This document shows, one piece after another, positions 9,197 to 18,925 of a DNA stretch of 64,000 nucleotides (position 1 is its first letter; every line of letters starts with the position of its first letter). The notes under the pieces are model-generated. The model worked only from the letters and a program-made list of their open reading frames with translations, was not told the origin of the DNA and did not search any database. Position numbers and translations under genes: made by a program. This DNA is from Chlamydiia bacterium (GTDB lineage Bacteria; Chlamydiota; Chlamydiia; Chlamydiales; Simkaniaceae): contig JAUIKQ010000001.1 of NCBI GenBank assembly GCA_030430655.1, forward strand, positions 1,018 through 65,017. The letters run 5' to 3'.

Positions 9197-10330
9197 TTAG
9201 AAGCAAACTCTTGCGCTTAAAGTCAAACCGTGGAAACTCACATTGTCATCGTGTCGATCAAACCTTGGCGGTAAAAAGCTGTTTGTTATGTGAGCAATCT
9301 GATTTAAATTCCACCAGTACTGCCCTTCAAACCCAGCACTTACCTGCAAATGCTGTTTAGCATCGTTTAAGAAAACACCATAAGCCACACCCACTTGGTA
9401 CTGCACGTTTGGAACGAAGGAATGACGATTGACCTTTTCGTTTATTTTCTTATCAACACTGCCTACGATTTCCTGTTTAAAACGCACTTTGAAGTGAGAA
9501 TAAACAAGAGACCCTCTAATGTTAGAAAAAAGGCTGAAACCGTTTCCTAAATGCCAGTCTGACTGCCAACCAACCTGAGGACCCAGCCCCCAAATTTTTT
9601 GATGCTGGTTAACCTCGGTAGCTGTGTTAAGACCAAGGCCACCTGTTTGAGGATCTCCATCCGCATAGCGAGTGATCTGCTTTAAGTCAAACCATGCAGA
9701 GTGCAGTCCCCAATTAGGACGCATCGATAAACATCGACTTACAAAGTAATCCCTTCCAAGGTTCAAGATGAGCCCATCGTAATCCATGTTATAGGTAGAT
9801 TTAGCTGACTCTGCGTATCTAAAGGTATTGCCTACAGCAGGATCATCAGAATTAATCGCAGTACTACCGAGTAAAGGGATCACCGTCTGGTTAAACATAG
9901 CATCTCGATTACGACTCCCATTGTTATAAAAATGGGTGTACATAAGATTAAGATCCCAAGCATCATGCTCAAAGATGTATCCAAGGCCTACACGAAATCC
10001 CCAATCCCAGTCGAAATCGATGTCATGTACTTCGCCATCTAGAGGAAGCGCGCCCGGCACTCCTCCTGCTGAATACGTAAACTCTGTGCCGCCGACTTTT
10101 GATGTCCAGTAGAGCACGTCAAGACCTACATACCAACCTGTCCCCATCAATTGAGGGCTTGCTGGCGCTGTGGTAGCACCATGTGTTCTGTTAGGAGTTT
10201 CGGTCCTAACTTGCTTACTATGTTGTTCGAGCTGTGACACCCGAGAGTCCATATCCATAGCTGCAAATGCCGAGGTAGCGACAAGCGCAGCGATGGCGAT
10301 TGGAATTTTCTTTAAAAAATCCGCTCTCAT
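9197..10330 (-). CDS. Outer-membrane beta-barrel protein (MOMP-like/porin candidate)
   Basis: The signal peptide is MRADFLKKIPIAIAALVATSAFA/A. The body has alternating aromatic/Gly-rich beta-strand patterns (GWYVGLDVLYWTSK, WDLNLMYTHFY). The C-terminus ends in Phe (...LSARVCF). Confidence 0.7.
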   Translation of the reverse strand: MRADFLKKIPIAIAALVATSAFAAMDMDSRVSQLEQHSKQVRTETPNRTHGATTAPASPQLMGTGWYVGLDVLYWTSKVGGTEFTYSAGGVPGALPLDGEVHDIDFDWDWGFRVGLGYIFEHDAWDLNLMYTHFYNNGSRNRDAMFNQTVIPLLGSTAINSDDPAVGNTFRYAESAKSTYNMDYDGLILNLGRDYFVSRCLSMRPNWGLHSAWFDLKQITRYADGDPQTGGLGLNTATEVNQHQKIWGLGPQVGWQSDWHLGNGFSLFSNIRGSLVYSHFKVRFKQEIVGSVDKKINEKVNRHSFVPNVQYQVGVAYGVFLNDAKQHLQVSAGFEGQYWWNLNQIAHITNSFLPPRFDRHDDNVSFHGLTLSARVCF

Positions 10331-10568
10331 TTGATTACCTCATGAGGGTTAATTGAATCTGTTCATTCCTTATTTCTTTGTATAACCCACGAGAGCTATT
10401 TATTTAAATATTTTTTTCAGGATAAAAAAATTTTTAATTGAAGGGGAGTGAGTAAACAGCTCACATTAAACACGTTAAGGTAAAAACTTTCTTAAAAGAA
10501 ATAGTTACTATTACTTAGAGATAATAATACAAAACAAATAAACAACCATTTTTAAAGGTTAAAATCAA

Positions 10569-12236
10569 TTAGCTTTCAGCTTCGATAATATCTAAAAAGG
10601 CTTGTAACTGCTTTGCTCTTGTTGGATGCCGCATCTTTCGAAGTGCTTTTGCCTCAATTTGTCGTACGCGCTCTCTTGTGACCTTGAAGCGCACACCCAC
10701 TTCTTCCAGTGTTTTAGGTTTACCGTCAATCAATCCAAAACGCTCAATCAAGACAGTCCGCTCGCGGTCTGTTAAGGTAGATAAAACTTCTCCCATCTTG
10801 TCTTTAAGGATAGAATATCCAGTTGCTTCGTCGGGAGACTCGATCGTCTTATCTTCCAAAAAGTCCCCAAACTGGCTTTCTCCGCTATCCCCAACTTCTG
10901 CTTGGAGGGAAATTGGGTGCTGCGCAATTTTGTAGATTTCACGAACTCGGTCGGGAGTAAGCCCAAGCTCGGTGGCAAGTTCTTCGGGAGACGGCTCTTT
11001 TCCTGTCTCCATCGTTAGCTTCTTAGCCCCACGCAAGACTTTATTAATCGTCTCGATCATGTGGACTGGAATCCGGATGGTACGCGCTTGATCAGCAATA
11101 GCGCGCGTAACAGCCTGCCTTATCCACCACGTCGCGTAGGTAGAAAATTTATACCCTCTTCTATACTCAAATTTTTCAACGGCCTTCATAAGGCCCATGT
11201 TTCCTTCTTGTATCAAATCAAGAAAGGAAAGCCCCCGATTCGTATACTTTTTAGCAATAGAGATAACAAGGCGCAGGTTCGACTCTACCATTTCTCTCTT
11301 TGCTTCTTGACTTTTGTCCATCCACCTTTGCAGCATACGAACATCTTTCTTAAACTTGTCTAGCGTTCGGCCCGCAGCCAGCTCCCTTTTGGCAAGCTTT
11401 CTTTGGGCTGCTTTTAGCTTAGCTAGAGCAAAGCGGTTCTTTTCTGCACGTGGTTGTAGTTCCTGGATCTCCTTTTCCAGCGCTAAAAACCGCTGGTAGG
11501 AAGAAAAAATAACCTCACCAAAATCATCTGTGACGTTGTGACGAAAATGAAACTGGCGCAAATAGGCTTGAGTACGTATGTTTCCCTTTTCTATCTCCTC
11601 CAACAAAGCCACTTCTTCTGTTTTTTTTAGCTTTACTTGAGAAAGCCGCATCAAAACCGCTTCTAACTCATGGTCTTCTTCTGTCAAGAGGGTTTGCAGC
11701 CTAGGCAGACGTTTTAGAAATTTATTTTTATCGGCCACTTCCTTTTCGGTAATAATCTTATCAAACCGCTCTTTCCCAGTGATAAGATAGCTAGAAATGG
11801 AAATCGCTTCTCTCGTCGAATAGCGAAACCGCATGATAATTCTTTCAATCTGTAGCTGCGCTTTCTCAATCCTTTTAGAGATCTCCACTTCCTCTTCCCG
11901 AGAAAGCAACGGGACAGACCCCATTTCTTTCAAATACATACGCACGGGGTCATCCGAACTGCCCTCTATGCGTTTAGGAAGCGCTTCCAGCTCTTTTGCT
12001 TCTTTTTTGCGCTCTTTCTGCTTTTCCACTTCCACTTGGTTGAGGATTTGGATATCCATTCCGCTAAGAAAAATGAGCACCTGATCCATCTGCTCAGCAG
12101 AATCAAAGCTCATGGGAAGGACTTCATTTATCTCTTCGTAAGTGATATAGCCTTGCTCTTTGGCAATAGCAACGAGCTCTTCAACTTTTTGCTGATGTTG
12201 TGGATTAAATTCTTGATTAAATCCGGGCTTACTCAT
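10569..12236 (-). CDS. rpoD: RNA polymerase primary sigma factor (sigma-70/sigma-66)
   Basis: Region 2 is present as '[57 protein letters not shown]'. Region 4 is present as '[28 protein letters not shown]'. Confidence 0.95.
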   Translation of the reverse strand: MSKPGFNQEFNPQHQQKVEELVAIAKEQGYITYEEINEVLPMSFDSAEQMDQVLIFLSGMDIQILNQVEVEKQKERKKEAKELEALPKRIEGSSDDPVRMYLKEMGSVPLLSREEEVEISKRIEKAQLQIERIIMRFRYSTREAISISSYLITGKERFDKIITEKEVADKNKFLKRLPRLQTLLTEEDHELEAVLMRLSQVKLKKTEEVALLEEIEKGNIRTQAYLRQFHFRHNVTDDFGEVIFSSYQRFLALEKEIQELQPRAEKNRFALAKLKAAQRKLAKRELAAGRTLDKFKKDVRMLQRWMDKSQEAKREMVESNLRLVISIAKKYTNRGLSFLDLIQEGNMGLMKAVEKFEYRRGYKFSTYATWWIRQAVTRAIADQARTIRIPVHMIETINKVLRGAKKLTMETGKEPSPEELATELGLTPDRVREIYKIAQHPISLQAEVGDSGESQFGDFLEDKTIESPDEATGYSILKDKMGEVLSTLTDRERTVLIERFGLIDGKPKTLEEVGVRFKVTRERVRQIEAKALRKMRHPTRAKQLQAFLDIIEAES

Positions 12237-12345
12237 ATCCTACCGGTGATAAAAATGCAGGCGAACCAACGCTACCAAAGGCCGTCCGTCCCCAGCAGCA
12301 CAAATCTCCCAGAGTTTGAAGGAAAAAAAGGTTGTTGTCAAGAAA

Positions 12346-13182
12346 ATGCAGCTCTTTGCTCATACGCCCTCTAAGCAGCCCATGCATGCAAACAATGCAT
12401 GCAAAAAAATAGATTACCTATGCCCTGAATGCCACTCTCCCGTAAGAGTAAGAAGAGGGGCTATTAAAAGGGCGCATTTTTTCCACACAAAGCCTACGAA
12501 AAAATGCATCAGTCAAGGAAAAAGTCTCACACACCTTGCCATTCAGGAGATTTTACAAAAGAGCTTTCCTGAGAAGGAAGTGGAAATGGAGGTTCCTTTC
12601 AATTCAATTAATCGGATTGCGGATGTTGTGCATTTTGAAAAAAAGATTATTTTTGAAGTGCAGTGTTCCTCTATTTCTTCAGAGGAAATAGAAAGCCGCA
12701 CCAGAGGATATGAATCTCTGGGATTTCAGGTTGTGTGGATTTTTCATGACAGCCGTTTTAATAAAAATTTATGTCAAATGGCAGAAAGGTGGATATACGA
12801 TCGCTTGCATTATTTCACAAACATAAACGCTAAAGGTAAAGGGATTTTATACGATCAGTTTACCGTTCTTTGTCAAAACAGGCGTTTATACAAAACAGAG
12901 CGATTCCCTGTTCGTATCCAACGCCCATTGATTCTTAACAATGGGATCTCTAACAGGGTCTTTGATGGGGAGAGTCCGCTCCCAAAAATCCTCTACGAAA
13001 GGAAGAAAAAAGCGCGTTATCACTTCGAGGGAGACTTGCTCGATCGGTGCAAATGCCATCCTCTCCTTGTAAAGCAGTGGATAGAAATGGAGAAAGCCGC
13101 TACTCAAAAGCCTTGGCAGAAAAAACGCTTTTCCTACACCCGTCTGCTAAATTTCTGGCTAAAGAAAGCCGCGCGCCACTAA
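12346..13182 (+). CDS. coiA: Competence protein CoiA-like family protein
   Basis: The N-terminal Zn-ribbon-like segment is 'YLCPECHSPVRVRRGAIKRAHFFHTKPTKKC'. The nuclease-core pattern is 'RIADVVHFEKKIIFEVQCSSISSEEIESRTRGYESLGFQVVWIF', which matches the remembered B. subtilis CoiA layout (CPVCGG...HFAH...C; D....IAIEYQCA.I....RT..Y...G..V.WIL). The ATG at 12346 is preferred to the listed 12316. Confidence 0.7.
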   Translation: MQLFAHTPSKQPMHANNACKKIDYLCPECHSPVRVRRGAIKRAHFFHTKPTKKCISQGKSLTHLAIQEILQKSFPEKEVEMEVPFNSINRIADVVHFEKKIIFEVQCSSISSEEIESRTRGYESLGFQVVWIFHDSRFNKNLCQMAERWIYDRLHYFTNINAKGKGILYDQFTVLCQNRRLYKTERFPVRIQRPLILNNGISNRVFDGESPLPKILYERKKKARYHFEGDLLDRCKCHPLLVKQWIEMEKAATQKPWQKKRFSYTRLLNFWLKKAARH

Positions 13183-13599
13183 ACGTCTTTGTAAAATCCA
13201 AAAATACACCGAAATCCCGAGCAGTATAACGCAATAAAATAGCCGCTTCCAAGGAAACACCCTTTCTAGAGCGCAAAAGCCCGGCTTTTTGGGTGAGTAA
13301 AAAAGCGTGCGGTGGGTTTTTTTGTACTTTTCTAAATACTGCTTGGCAATGTAAGGATTTGGAAAGCGATCACCAAAAGTATAGCTTCCTTTTACCGGTT
13401 GGTTATTTACCTCAAATAAAACAGCCACACGAATCGCAAAACGCTCATTTATTTCTTCAACGCTCCAATCCGCATCAAAAGCCCTTGTGAAACAGCTTTT
13501 CGAATAAATCACGTGCAGATCTTTCACGAGCACGGCTCCAAAAAACATAAATGCGCAAAGGCAACTAAAAGAGAGCCAATAGACAGAAATTTTCTTCAT
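13159..13599 (-). CDS. Hypothetical membrane protein (TM - soluble beta-rich domain - TM architecture)
   Basis: It has an N-terminal TM (YWLSFSCLCAFMFFGAVLV) and a C-terminal TM (FYCVILLGISVYFWIL). Its 3' end overlaps coiA convergently by 24 nt. Confidence 0.5.
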   Translation of the reverse strand: MKKISVYWLSFSCLCAFMFFGAVLVKDLHVIYSKSCFTRAFDADWSVEEINERFAIRVAVLFEVNNQPVKGSYTFGDRFPNPYIAKQYLEKYKKTHRTLFYSPKKPGFCALERVFPWKRLFYCVILLGISVYFWILQRRLVARGFL

Positions 13600-13912
13600 G
13601 CATGCCTACACAAATAAGCGTCAACTCCAAGCCTTTAATAGCCAGGATAACTCCTTTGTCTCCGGATATCTTCGCAAAACCCCCTACCTGGGTACAGCAA
13701 CCCTATTGATTTTGGTAGGCTATGGCCACAGTGGACCGTCATTGTCATTGCATTCACCTCCAAAGTAGAGTCCGGCAAGAATGTTTGCATAACAGAAATT
13801 TAAACGCAACTGCCCAAACTTAAGTCCCAAATAGGCGAATATACAACTAGCTGTTTTTTTTTGCTTGTGATAGACTGCGAGGGATACCAAAGGAAAACTG
13901 TAAGGTCCACAT

Positions 13913-14194
13913 ATGGCACAAGAAAAGCAAAAAAGGCGTCCTACCGCAGAAAAGCGCATGATCCAGAATAAAAAAAAGCGCCTCCTAAATAGAGCGCGCA
14001 AGGCACAAGTAGGAACAGCTATCCGTTCTTTAAAAAAGAGTTTAGAAGAAAAGCAGGGGCAAACAGCACAAGAAAAGCTTTCCTCTTTGTATAGCCTGCT
14101 CGATAAAGGGGTAAAAAAGGGGCTTTTGAAAAAAAACAAAGCCGCACGCAGCAAAGCCCGCTTGACCGCCTTAGTTAAGGCGATGGCTACTTAA
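13913..14194 (+). CDS. rpsT: 30S ribosomal protein S20
   Basis: This basic 93-aa protein contains 'RRPTAEKRMIQNKKKRLLNRARKAQVGTAIRSLKK...LDKGVKKGLLKKNKAARSKARL', typical of bS20. Confidence 0.9.
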   Translation: MAQEKQKRRPTAEKRMIQNKKKRLLNRARKAQVGTAIRSLKKSLEEKQGQTAQEKLSSLYSLLDKGVKKGLLKKNKAARSKARLTALVKAMAT

Positions 14195-14205
14195 GTCGTT
14201 GCTTA

Positions 14206-15801
14206 TCAATCTTTTATCTCCAACTGTTTTTCCACCCCTTTGGCTATGTTAGAAAAAAGCCGGCGCGATCGGCGCGCGCCGAGCAAAAACTGTTCAAAGT
14301 CGCCAACGAGAGTTAGCTTTTTTTTCACTCGGGTAACCCCCGTATAGAGAAGTGATCTGTCAAGAAGCATACCTTCCGGTAGAATCAAAGCCACTTCATC
14401 ATATTCGCTTCCTTGGCTTTTATGTATCGAGATGGCATAAGCGCTGGTGTATTTTGGAAGCATGGCCGCTGTAAAAATTCTCCATTTCCCAGGGATTTCT
14501 GACAAAAACACCGCCTTACCAGCATGATTGCCACTACTTAAAATAAATCCTGTTTCCCCATTAAACACCTTCATTCTATAACAGGTTTTTTGGATAATAA
14601 TGGGGGTCGGCAAACCGGTATTTGTAAGAGCCTCTCTAACGGACTGATTCAACTTTGCAACCCCCGCATCCCCATAATGCAAAGGAGAGAGAAGACAAAA
14701 TTTTTTCAAATTTACAAATAGCGTTTCCAGATCTGGCTGCTGCAAAAGCTCAGCAAAGCGCTCGGCTACTTTGTGTAAATCTAAACGCGATGTCACGTGA
14801 ATTTGAGGGCTTTCAAAAGCAAGCTTTCTTAGCCTCTCGATATTGCCATCAAGAATATTTTTTGCAAAATCCACAAGGGGCTTTTGATCGCTCCTGTGAC
14901 ATACCGTTAAGGTAGCGAAATTTTGTTTTCTTTTTTCCGCAAAATCACACAGATGCGCAAATGCCATACCACATTCTACGGGAGGAAGTTGATGCTGATC
15001 TCCTACCAAAACAACGCGCATAGATATAGATTTTTTAAGTAGTCTCGCCATAATCTCTACATCAACCATCGAGCTTTCATCGACCACCAAAAGTCCTTGC
15101 GTCCATTTTTTATCGAGCAAGCTATGCAGCGTGCCCGCCTCAACTGCCGAAGGGGGCACTTTTCCTCCATTTAAAAGCCGATTTTTTATTTGTAAAACCG
15201 CTTTACCTGTTGGCGCTGTAAGATAAATTTTTAAATACTTTCCCTGATTTGCGTAAAAAGTATAAAAACAGTGAATGAATGTTTCCATGGTGTGGGTCTT
15301 TCCGGTACCAGGCCCCCCTGAAACCAAAAGAAAAGCCTTTTCCATCCCCTTTATCACAAGATTTTTTTGTTCTTCCGTTAAAAAAGAGAGCAGGCTGTCG
15401 TCGAAGGGTAAAGGTTCGCATGTTTTTTGTAACAAATGCGCCGCCGATCTAATAATATCCACTTCGCACTGCCAATAACGCTGGAGATAGTACTTTCCAT
15501 CAAACGCGACAATAGGCTTTTCCACTTCTTCTTCTATATTCTCTAAAGTGTGACAAACCGTTTTTGGCAATAAGCGCATCCCTTCTAGGAGCGACAAAGA
15601 CGCCGGCTCTTTTTCTATAGAGGCTCTTGTTACATAAAGATGCCCAAGCTGCGTTTGCGCAAACAGGTAGGCAATGAAGGCTTCCACGCATCTACTTTCA
15701 ACCCCAAAATGGCGGCATAAAGCTTTGGCGAGCAAACCATCTATAGAAAGCGCTTCATCTGCTCCGTCTACATTCTTGCGAAAAAGTAATCCTTGTATCA
15801 T
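14206..15801 (-). CDS. recD: Exodeoxyribonuclease V alpha subunit (RecD helicase)
   Basis: Walker A is 'VSGGPGTGKTHT' and Walker B-like is 'LLVVDESSMVD'. 'VLVGDQHQLPPV' and the C-terminal 'YAISIHKSQGSEYDEVALIL' are also present. The ATG at 15801 is preferred to the TTG at 15807. Confidence 0.85.
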   Translation of the reverse strand: MIQGLLFRKNVDGADEALSIDGLLAKALCRHFGVESRCVEAFIAYLFAQTQLGHLYVTRASIEKEPASLSLLEGMRLLPKTVCHTLENIEEEVEKPIVAFDGKYYLQRYWQCEVDIIRSAAHLLQKTCEPLPFDDSLLSFLTEEQKNLVIKGMEKAFLLVSGGPGTGKTHTMETFIHCFYTFYANQGKYLKIYLTAPTGKAVLQIKNRLLNGGKVPPSAVEAGTLHSLLDKKWTQGLLVVDESSMVDVEIMARLLKKSISMRVVLVGDQHQLPPVECGMAFAHLCDFAEKRKQNFATLTVCHRSDQKPLVDFAKNILDGNIERLRKLAFESPQIHVTSRLDLHKVAERFAELLQQPDLETLFVNLKKFCLLSPLHYGDAGVAKLNQSVREALTNTGLPTPIIIQKTCYRMKVFNGETGFILSSGNHAGKAVFLSEIPGKWRIFTAAMLPKYTSAYAISIHKSQGSEYDEVALILPEGMLLDRSLLYTGVTRVKKKLTLVGDFEQFLLGARRSRRLFSNIAKGVEKQLEIKD

Positions 15802-18800
15802 AAACAATGTCTTCTTGCTCTAGCTTTTCTTTATTTAAAAAAACAATCCCTGTCTCTTGAGGAAGACCTCTTAAAAAGAGGTAAAACATTCCCCCAAACG
15901 CTTCTTGCTTCCCTCGCCGATCCAAATACTGCCTTGCTGCCTTCGCATAAATTTTTGCCTGCAAAAAGTAGTCCTTCTCTTTCATAACCTCTAAAGGGGT
16001 AGCTCCATTTAAACAGTTGCTTTTCCAATCAAGCAAAAAAACTTTATCTTTAAATGCAAACATTCCATCTATCCATCCTGTCATAGCATGGGATAAAAGG
16101 TCTTGCTTAAAATGAAAGGGATACGTAAAAAAAATTTCGCTCAAAAAATGGGAAACTTCATGCAAAGCAAACCCCTTTAGAGGGGTATGAAAGCTGTGAA
16201 AAATCATCTCTTCCACCTCCTTTTCATACCCTTCTAAAGGGGTAAGAAAAAGCTGCGCGCGAACAAGTGCACTGATTTGCTCTAGATGATAGGGATTATA
16301 AAGTTTTTGCTGAATGATTTGATCGAAAAGTTTATGGAGCACAAGCCCAGTTTCTTTTCCTGCAGGCAACTGTCTTGTCTCTTCAGCCCGGTTTCCGCTT
16401 TCTGGCTTTGCAAGTCTGGAAAATGAAAACACTTCTCCTTGGAAGAGCAAAAGTGGGGAAAGACAAGAAGAGGGCTTTAAAGGCTCTTGTGATGACAAAA
16501 CAACTCGAGCGTTGGAAGAAACTTCTACTACGCTGTGATTTACTTGTTTCGAAAGCCATTTTCTGATGTAAGAGGGGGTAAGGTTCGCGATCAAAGCGTA
16601 TCTATCCTGAAAAGAGCAAGTGTCGTCCATACTGAATGTCAAAAACAGTTCCAAAGGAGAAGCAGAGCCCAAAGTAGGAAGGCTTTGCTTTGTATCTATT
16701 GGCAAAACAGCGTAGAGACGCTCTCTTGCTCTTGTAAAAGAAACATAAAGCTGACGCAACTTCTCTCCCTCATCTAGGTTTTCTTCCTTGGAAAGGTTTG
16801 TGCGACAACAAACACCCAAAGCAAAAACAATGGGAAACTCTAGTCCCTTGCTCATGTGCATGGTAAGTATGGAGACACTGGCTTGCGCGCAAGAATAGCA
16901 CCTCTTTTCTTCGAAAATCGCCTCCCTCTCTAAGGTAGTAAGGGCAGACAGCATCCTCAAAGGGGGCACTGCCTGTAGAGTTTCTATTACATTATTTAAG
17001 TGAAGCATTTCCCCTTTAAAGCTTTCGAAACGGGTGCGAACACAGGCTTTTAAATATCCAAGGTTGCTATCTAGTATTTGCATAATGCAAAAAAAGGGAG
17101 CTTTCTCATATTCCCGTCTTATGTCTATAAATTCTACAAAAGCTTCTTGGAATTTTGCGCTATGATCATGCAAATCTGTCCCCTCCCACCCCATGATAGG
17201 ATGAAATAAAAAATGCTTAACTGCACCAAAACTGCCCTGCTCTAAGGCTTGTAGCAAATTTTTCATCCAGGAAAAAGCAAGTGTCTTCGTAAGACATATC
17301 CCCCTAACTGTTTGGCTTGGCAAACAAAAACGGGACAAAACGGCCTCTACTCTCGTTGCTTGAAATCGGTCTTTGACTAAAATAGCCATATCTGTAAAGT
17401 CAAAACCTTGGTCCTTTAAGTGGACAATTTCTGCTGCAATGTGTGTTAGAACCTTTTCTTCCATGCAAATAGTAGGCCATCTTCGCTGAGAAGAAGACCC
17501 TTGTATCAAGAAAAAATGGAGCGCTTTTTTCTCATCCTCTATATTCACATGCTCCTTTCTGCCCGCATGAACAGGGTCATAAAATAGTTGCTGTCTATAG
17601 CAAAGCCAGTTGCCTGAAATTGGCTTTGAAAAAAGGGTGTTCAGCGCATCTAAAAGGCTTTGGCAAGACCGATAATTCGTTTGTAAATACTGCGTCTTTA
17701 GCGCGGCTCTTGCCTTTAAATACACATTTAGATCTGCTTTGCGAAAAGAGTAAATAGACTGCTTTGGATCCCCCACAAAACATAAAGTTTTCAAAGGCGC
17801 GTTTAGAAAATAAGAAGTGAATATGTCCCACTGCGTTTTATCTGTGTCTTGAAATTCATCGACTAAAACCGCTTCATAAAGGCCTCTTACTGCATTTACA
17901 AAAGCATGACTGCGAAATGCCTTTTGCATTTTGTATAAAAACAGATCTGCGCTCACCACCACTTCAGAGGGAATACTAGCAAAAAGGGTATTTTCAATTT
18001 TTTGTGGATTTTTGGCAAAATGCAGAGGATAAAATAAATTTTTCCTTATATCTTCTAATAAAGATGGATAATTTAGAGCATCTTTTGTGATAGTTTTCTT
18101 TAAGTTAGTTTCCATGAACCGCTCTAACAAGCAGTCTTTGTATTGTAAAAGAGGGGTAATCAGGTCCTCCCGGCTGCCTGTTAAATACTCTACTAGTATC
18201 TCCCACTGTTTTACATAGCTGTTTTTAGGTTCTTTTTGCCGATTACAAATCCCTTTGAAATTTTTACTATGTACAAGAAAATCTTCCAATAGCTTGCCGG
18301 CATCCAAATCTTTTGGCAACGTCTCTTCTATATCCGTGGAAGGGCATTTTTGTAGCTCTTGGCCTAAATTGTTTGCTACAGCTTGCACAACATGAGCCAA
18401 ATCATAACGATGGTGCTTTAAGAGAAGCTCCCACTGCTCAATTTTAAGCAGTTGTTCTTTTCCTCGGACTCTAAAATAATCCAAAAGGACAAACAGCGTT
18501 TGAGCATTGTCTATTTCTTGGTAGACCCAGCAATCGACAGGGGCCTCGAACATAAATTCGCGTAGCATTTTGTGACAAAATCCATGGATCGTATATACAG
18601 CTGCCTTGTCAAAGTCATACAAAGCCTTCTCCAAGCGATGCCTTTCTGAGCGCAAATCCTTTCCAAGATAGGGAAAAGGGGGCAAATGTTTATGCAAACC
18701 TGCTAAACAGGCCTCTAAATTGCTGCGAATTCTCCTTTTTAAATCTCGAGTTGCTTCTTTTGTGAATGTGACGAGGAGAATTTTTTCTATAGGCACGCCG

Positions 18801-18925
18801 CATTGGACAATTAAGCGGGTAACAATATGCTGAATCGCAAACGTCTTTCCCGTCCCTGCAGAAGCTTCGACAAGGTATTTGCCTAAAATTTCTTGCGATG
18901 GATCTAAACAATCAAACAAAAGCAT
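15755..18925 (-). CDS. recB: Exodeoxyribonuclease V beta subunit (RecB helicase-nuclease)
   Basis: UvrD-type helicase motifs are present: 'VEASAGTGKTFAI', 'VLVDEFQDTD', 'VGDPKQSIYSFRKAD', 'TMHMSKGLEFPIVF'. The C-terminal PD-(D/E)xK-like segment is 'GWIDGMFAFKDKVFLLDWKSN'. Confidence 0.85.
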   Translation of the reverse strand: MLLFDCLDPSQEILGKYLVEASAGTGKTFAIQHIVTRLIVQCGVPIEKILLVTFTKEATRDLKRRIRSNLEACLAGLHKHLPPFPYLGKDLRSERHRLEKALYDFDKAAVYTIHGFCHKMLREFMFEAPVDCWVYQEIDNAQTLFVLLDYFRVRGKEQLLKIEQWELLLKHHRYDLAHVVQAVANNLGQELQKCPSTDIEETLPKDLDAGKLLEDFLVHSKNFKGICNRQKEPKNSYVKQWEILVEYLTGSREDLITPLLQYKDCLLERFMETNLKKTITKDALNYPSLLEDIRKNLFYPLHFAKNPQKIENTLFASIPSEVVVSADLFLYKMQKAFRSHAFVNAVRGLYEAVLVDEFQDTDKTQWDIFTSYFLNAPLKTLCFVGDPKQSIYSFRKADLNVYLKARAALKTQYLQTNYRSCQSLLDALNTLFSKPISGNWLCYRQQLFYDPVHAGRKEHVNIEDEKKALHFFLIQGSSSQRRWPTICMEEKVLTHIAAEIVHLKDQGFDFTDMAILVKDRFQATRVEAVLSRFCLPSQTVRGICLTKTLAFSWMKNLLQALEQGSFGAVKHFLFHPIMGWEGTDLHDHSAKFQEAFVEFIDIRREYEKAPFFCIMQILDSNLGYLKACVRTRFESFKGEMLHLNNVIETLQAVPPLRMLSALTTLEREAIFEEKRCYSCAQASVSILTMHMSKGLEFPIVFALGVCCRTNLSKEENLDEGEKLRQLYVSFTRARERLYAVLPIDTKQSLPTLGSASPLELFLTFSMDDTCSFQDRYALIANLTPSYIRKWLSKQVNHSVVEVSSNARVVLSSQEPLKPSSCLSPLLLFQGEVFSFSRLAKPESGNRAEETRQLPAGKETGLVLHKLFDQIIQQKLYNPYHLEQISALVRAQLFLTPLEGYEKEVEEMIFHSFHTPLKGFALHEVSHFLSEIFFTYPFHFKQDLLSHAMTGWIDGMFAFKDKVFLLDWKSNCLNGATPLEVMKEKDYFLQAKIYAKAARQYLDRRGKQEAFGGMFYLFLRGLPQETGIVFLNKEKLEQEDIVYDTRITFSQECRRSR

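Noticed and set aside
13600-13912. 313-bp spacer upstream of rpsT considered for a small RNA (SRP, 6S or other)
   Set aside because: No conserved ncRNA motif was seen (for example the SRP GGAA/AGCA domain IV) and no convincing terminator. It is left unannotated.
13720-14154. 144-aa minus-strand ORF overlapping rpsT
   Set aside because: It is antisense to a clear S20 gene. Its composition is low-complexity and Phe/Cys/Leu-rich and looks non-protein-like. It is a shadow ORF.
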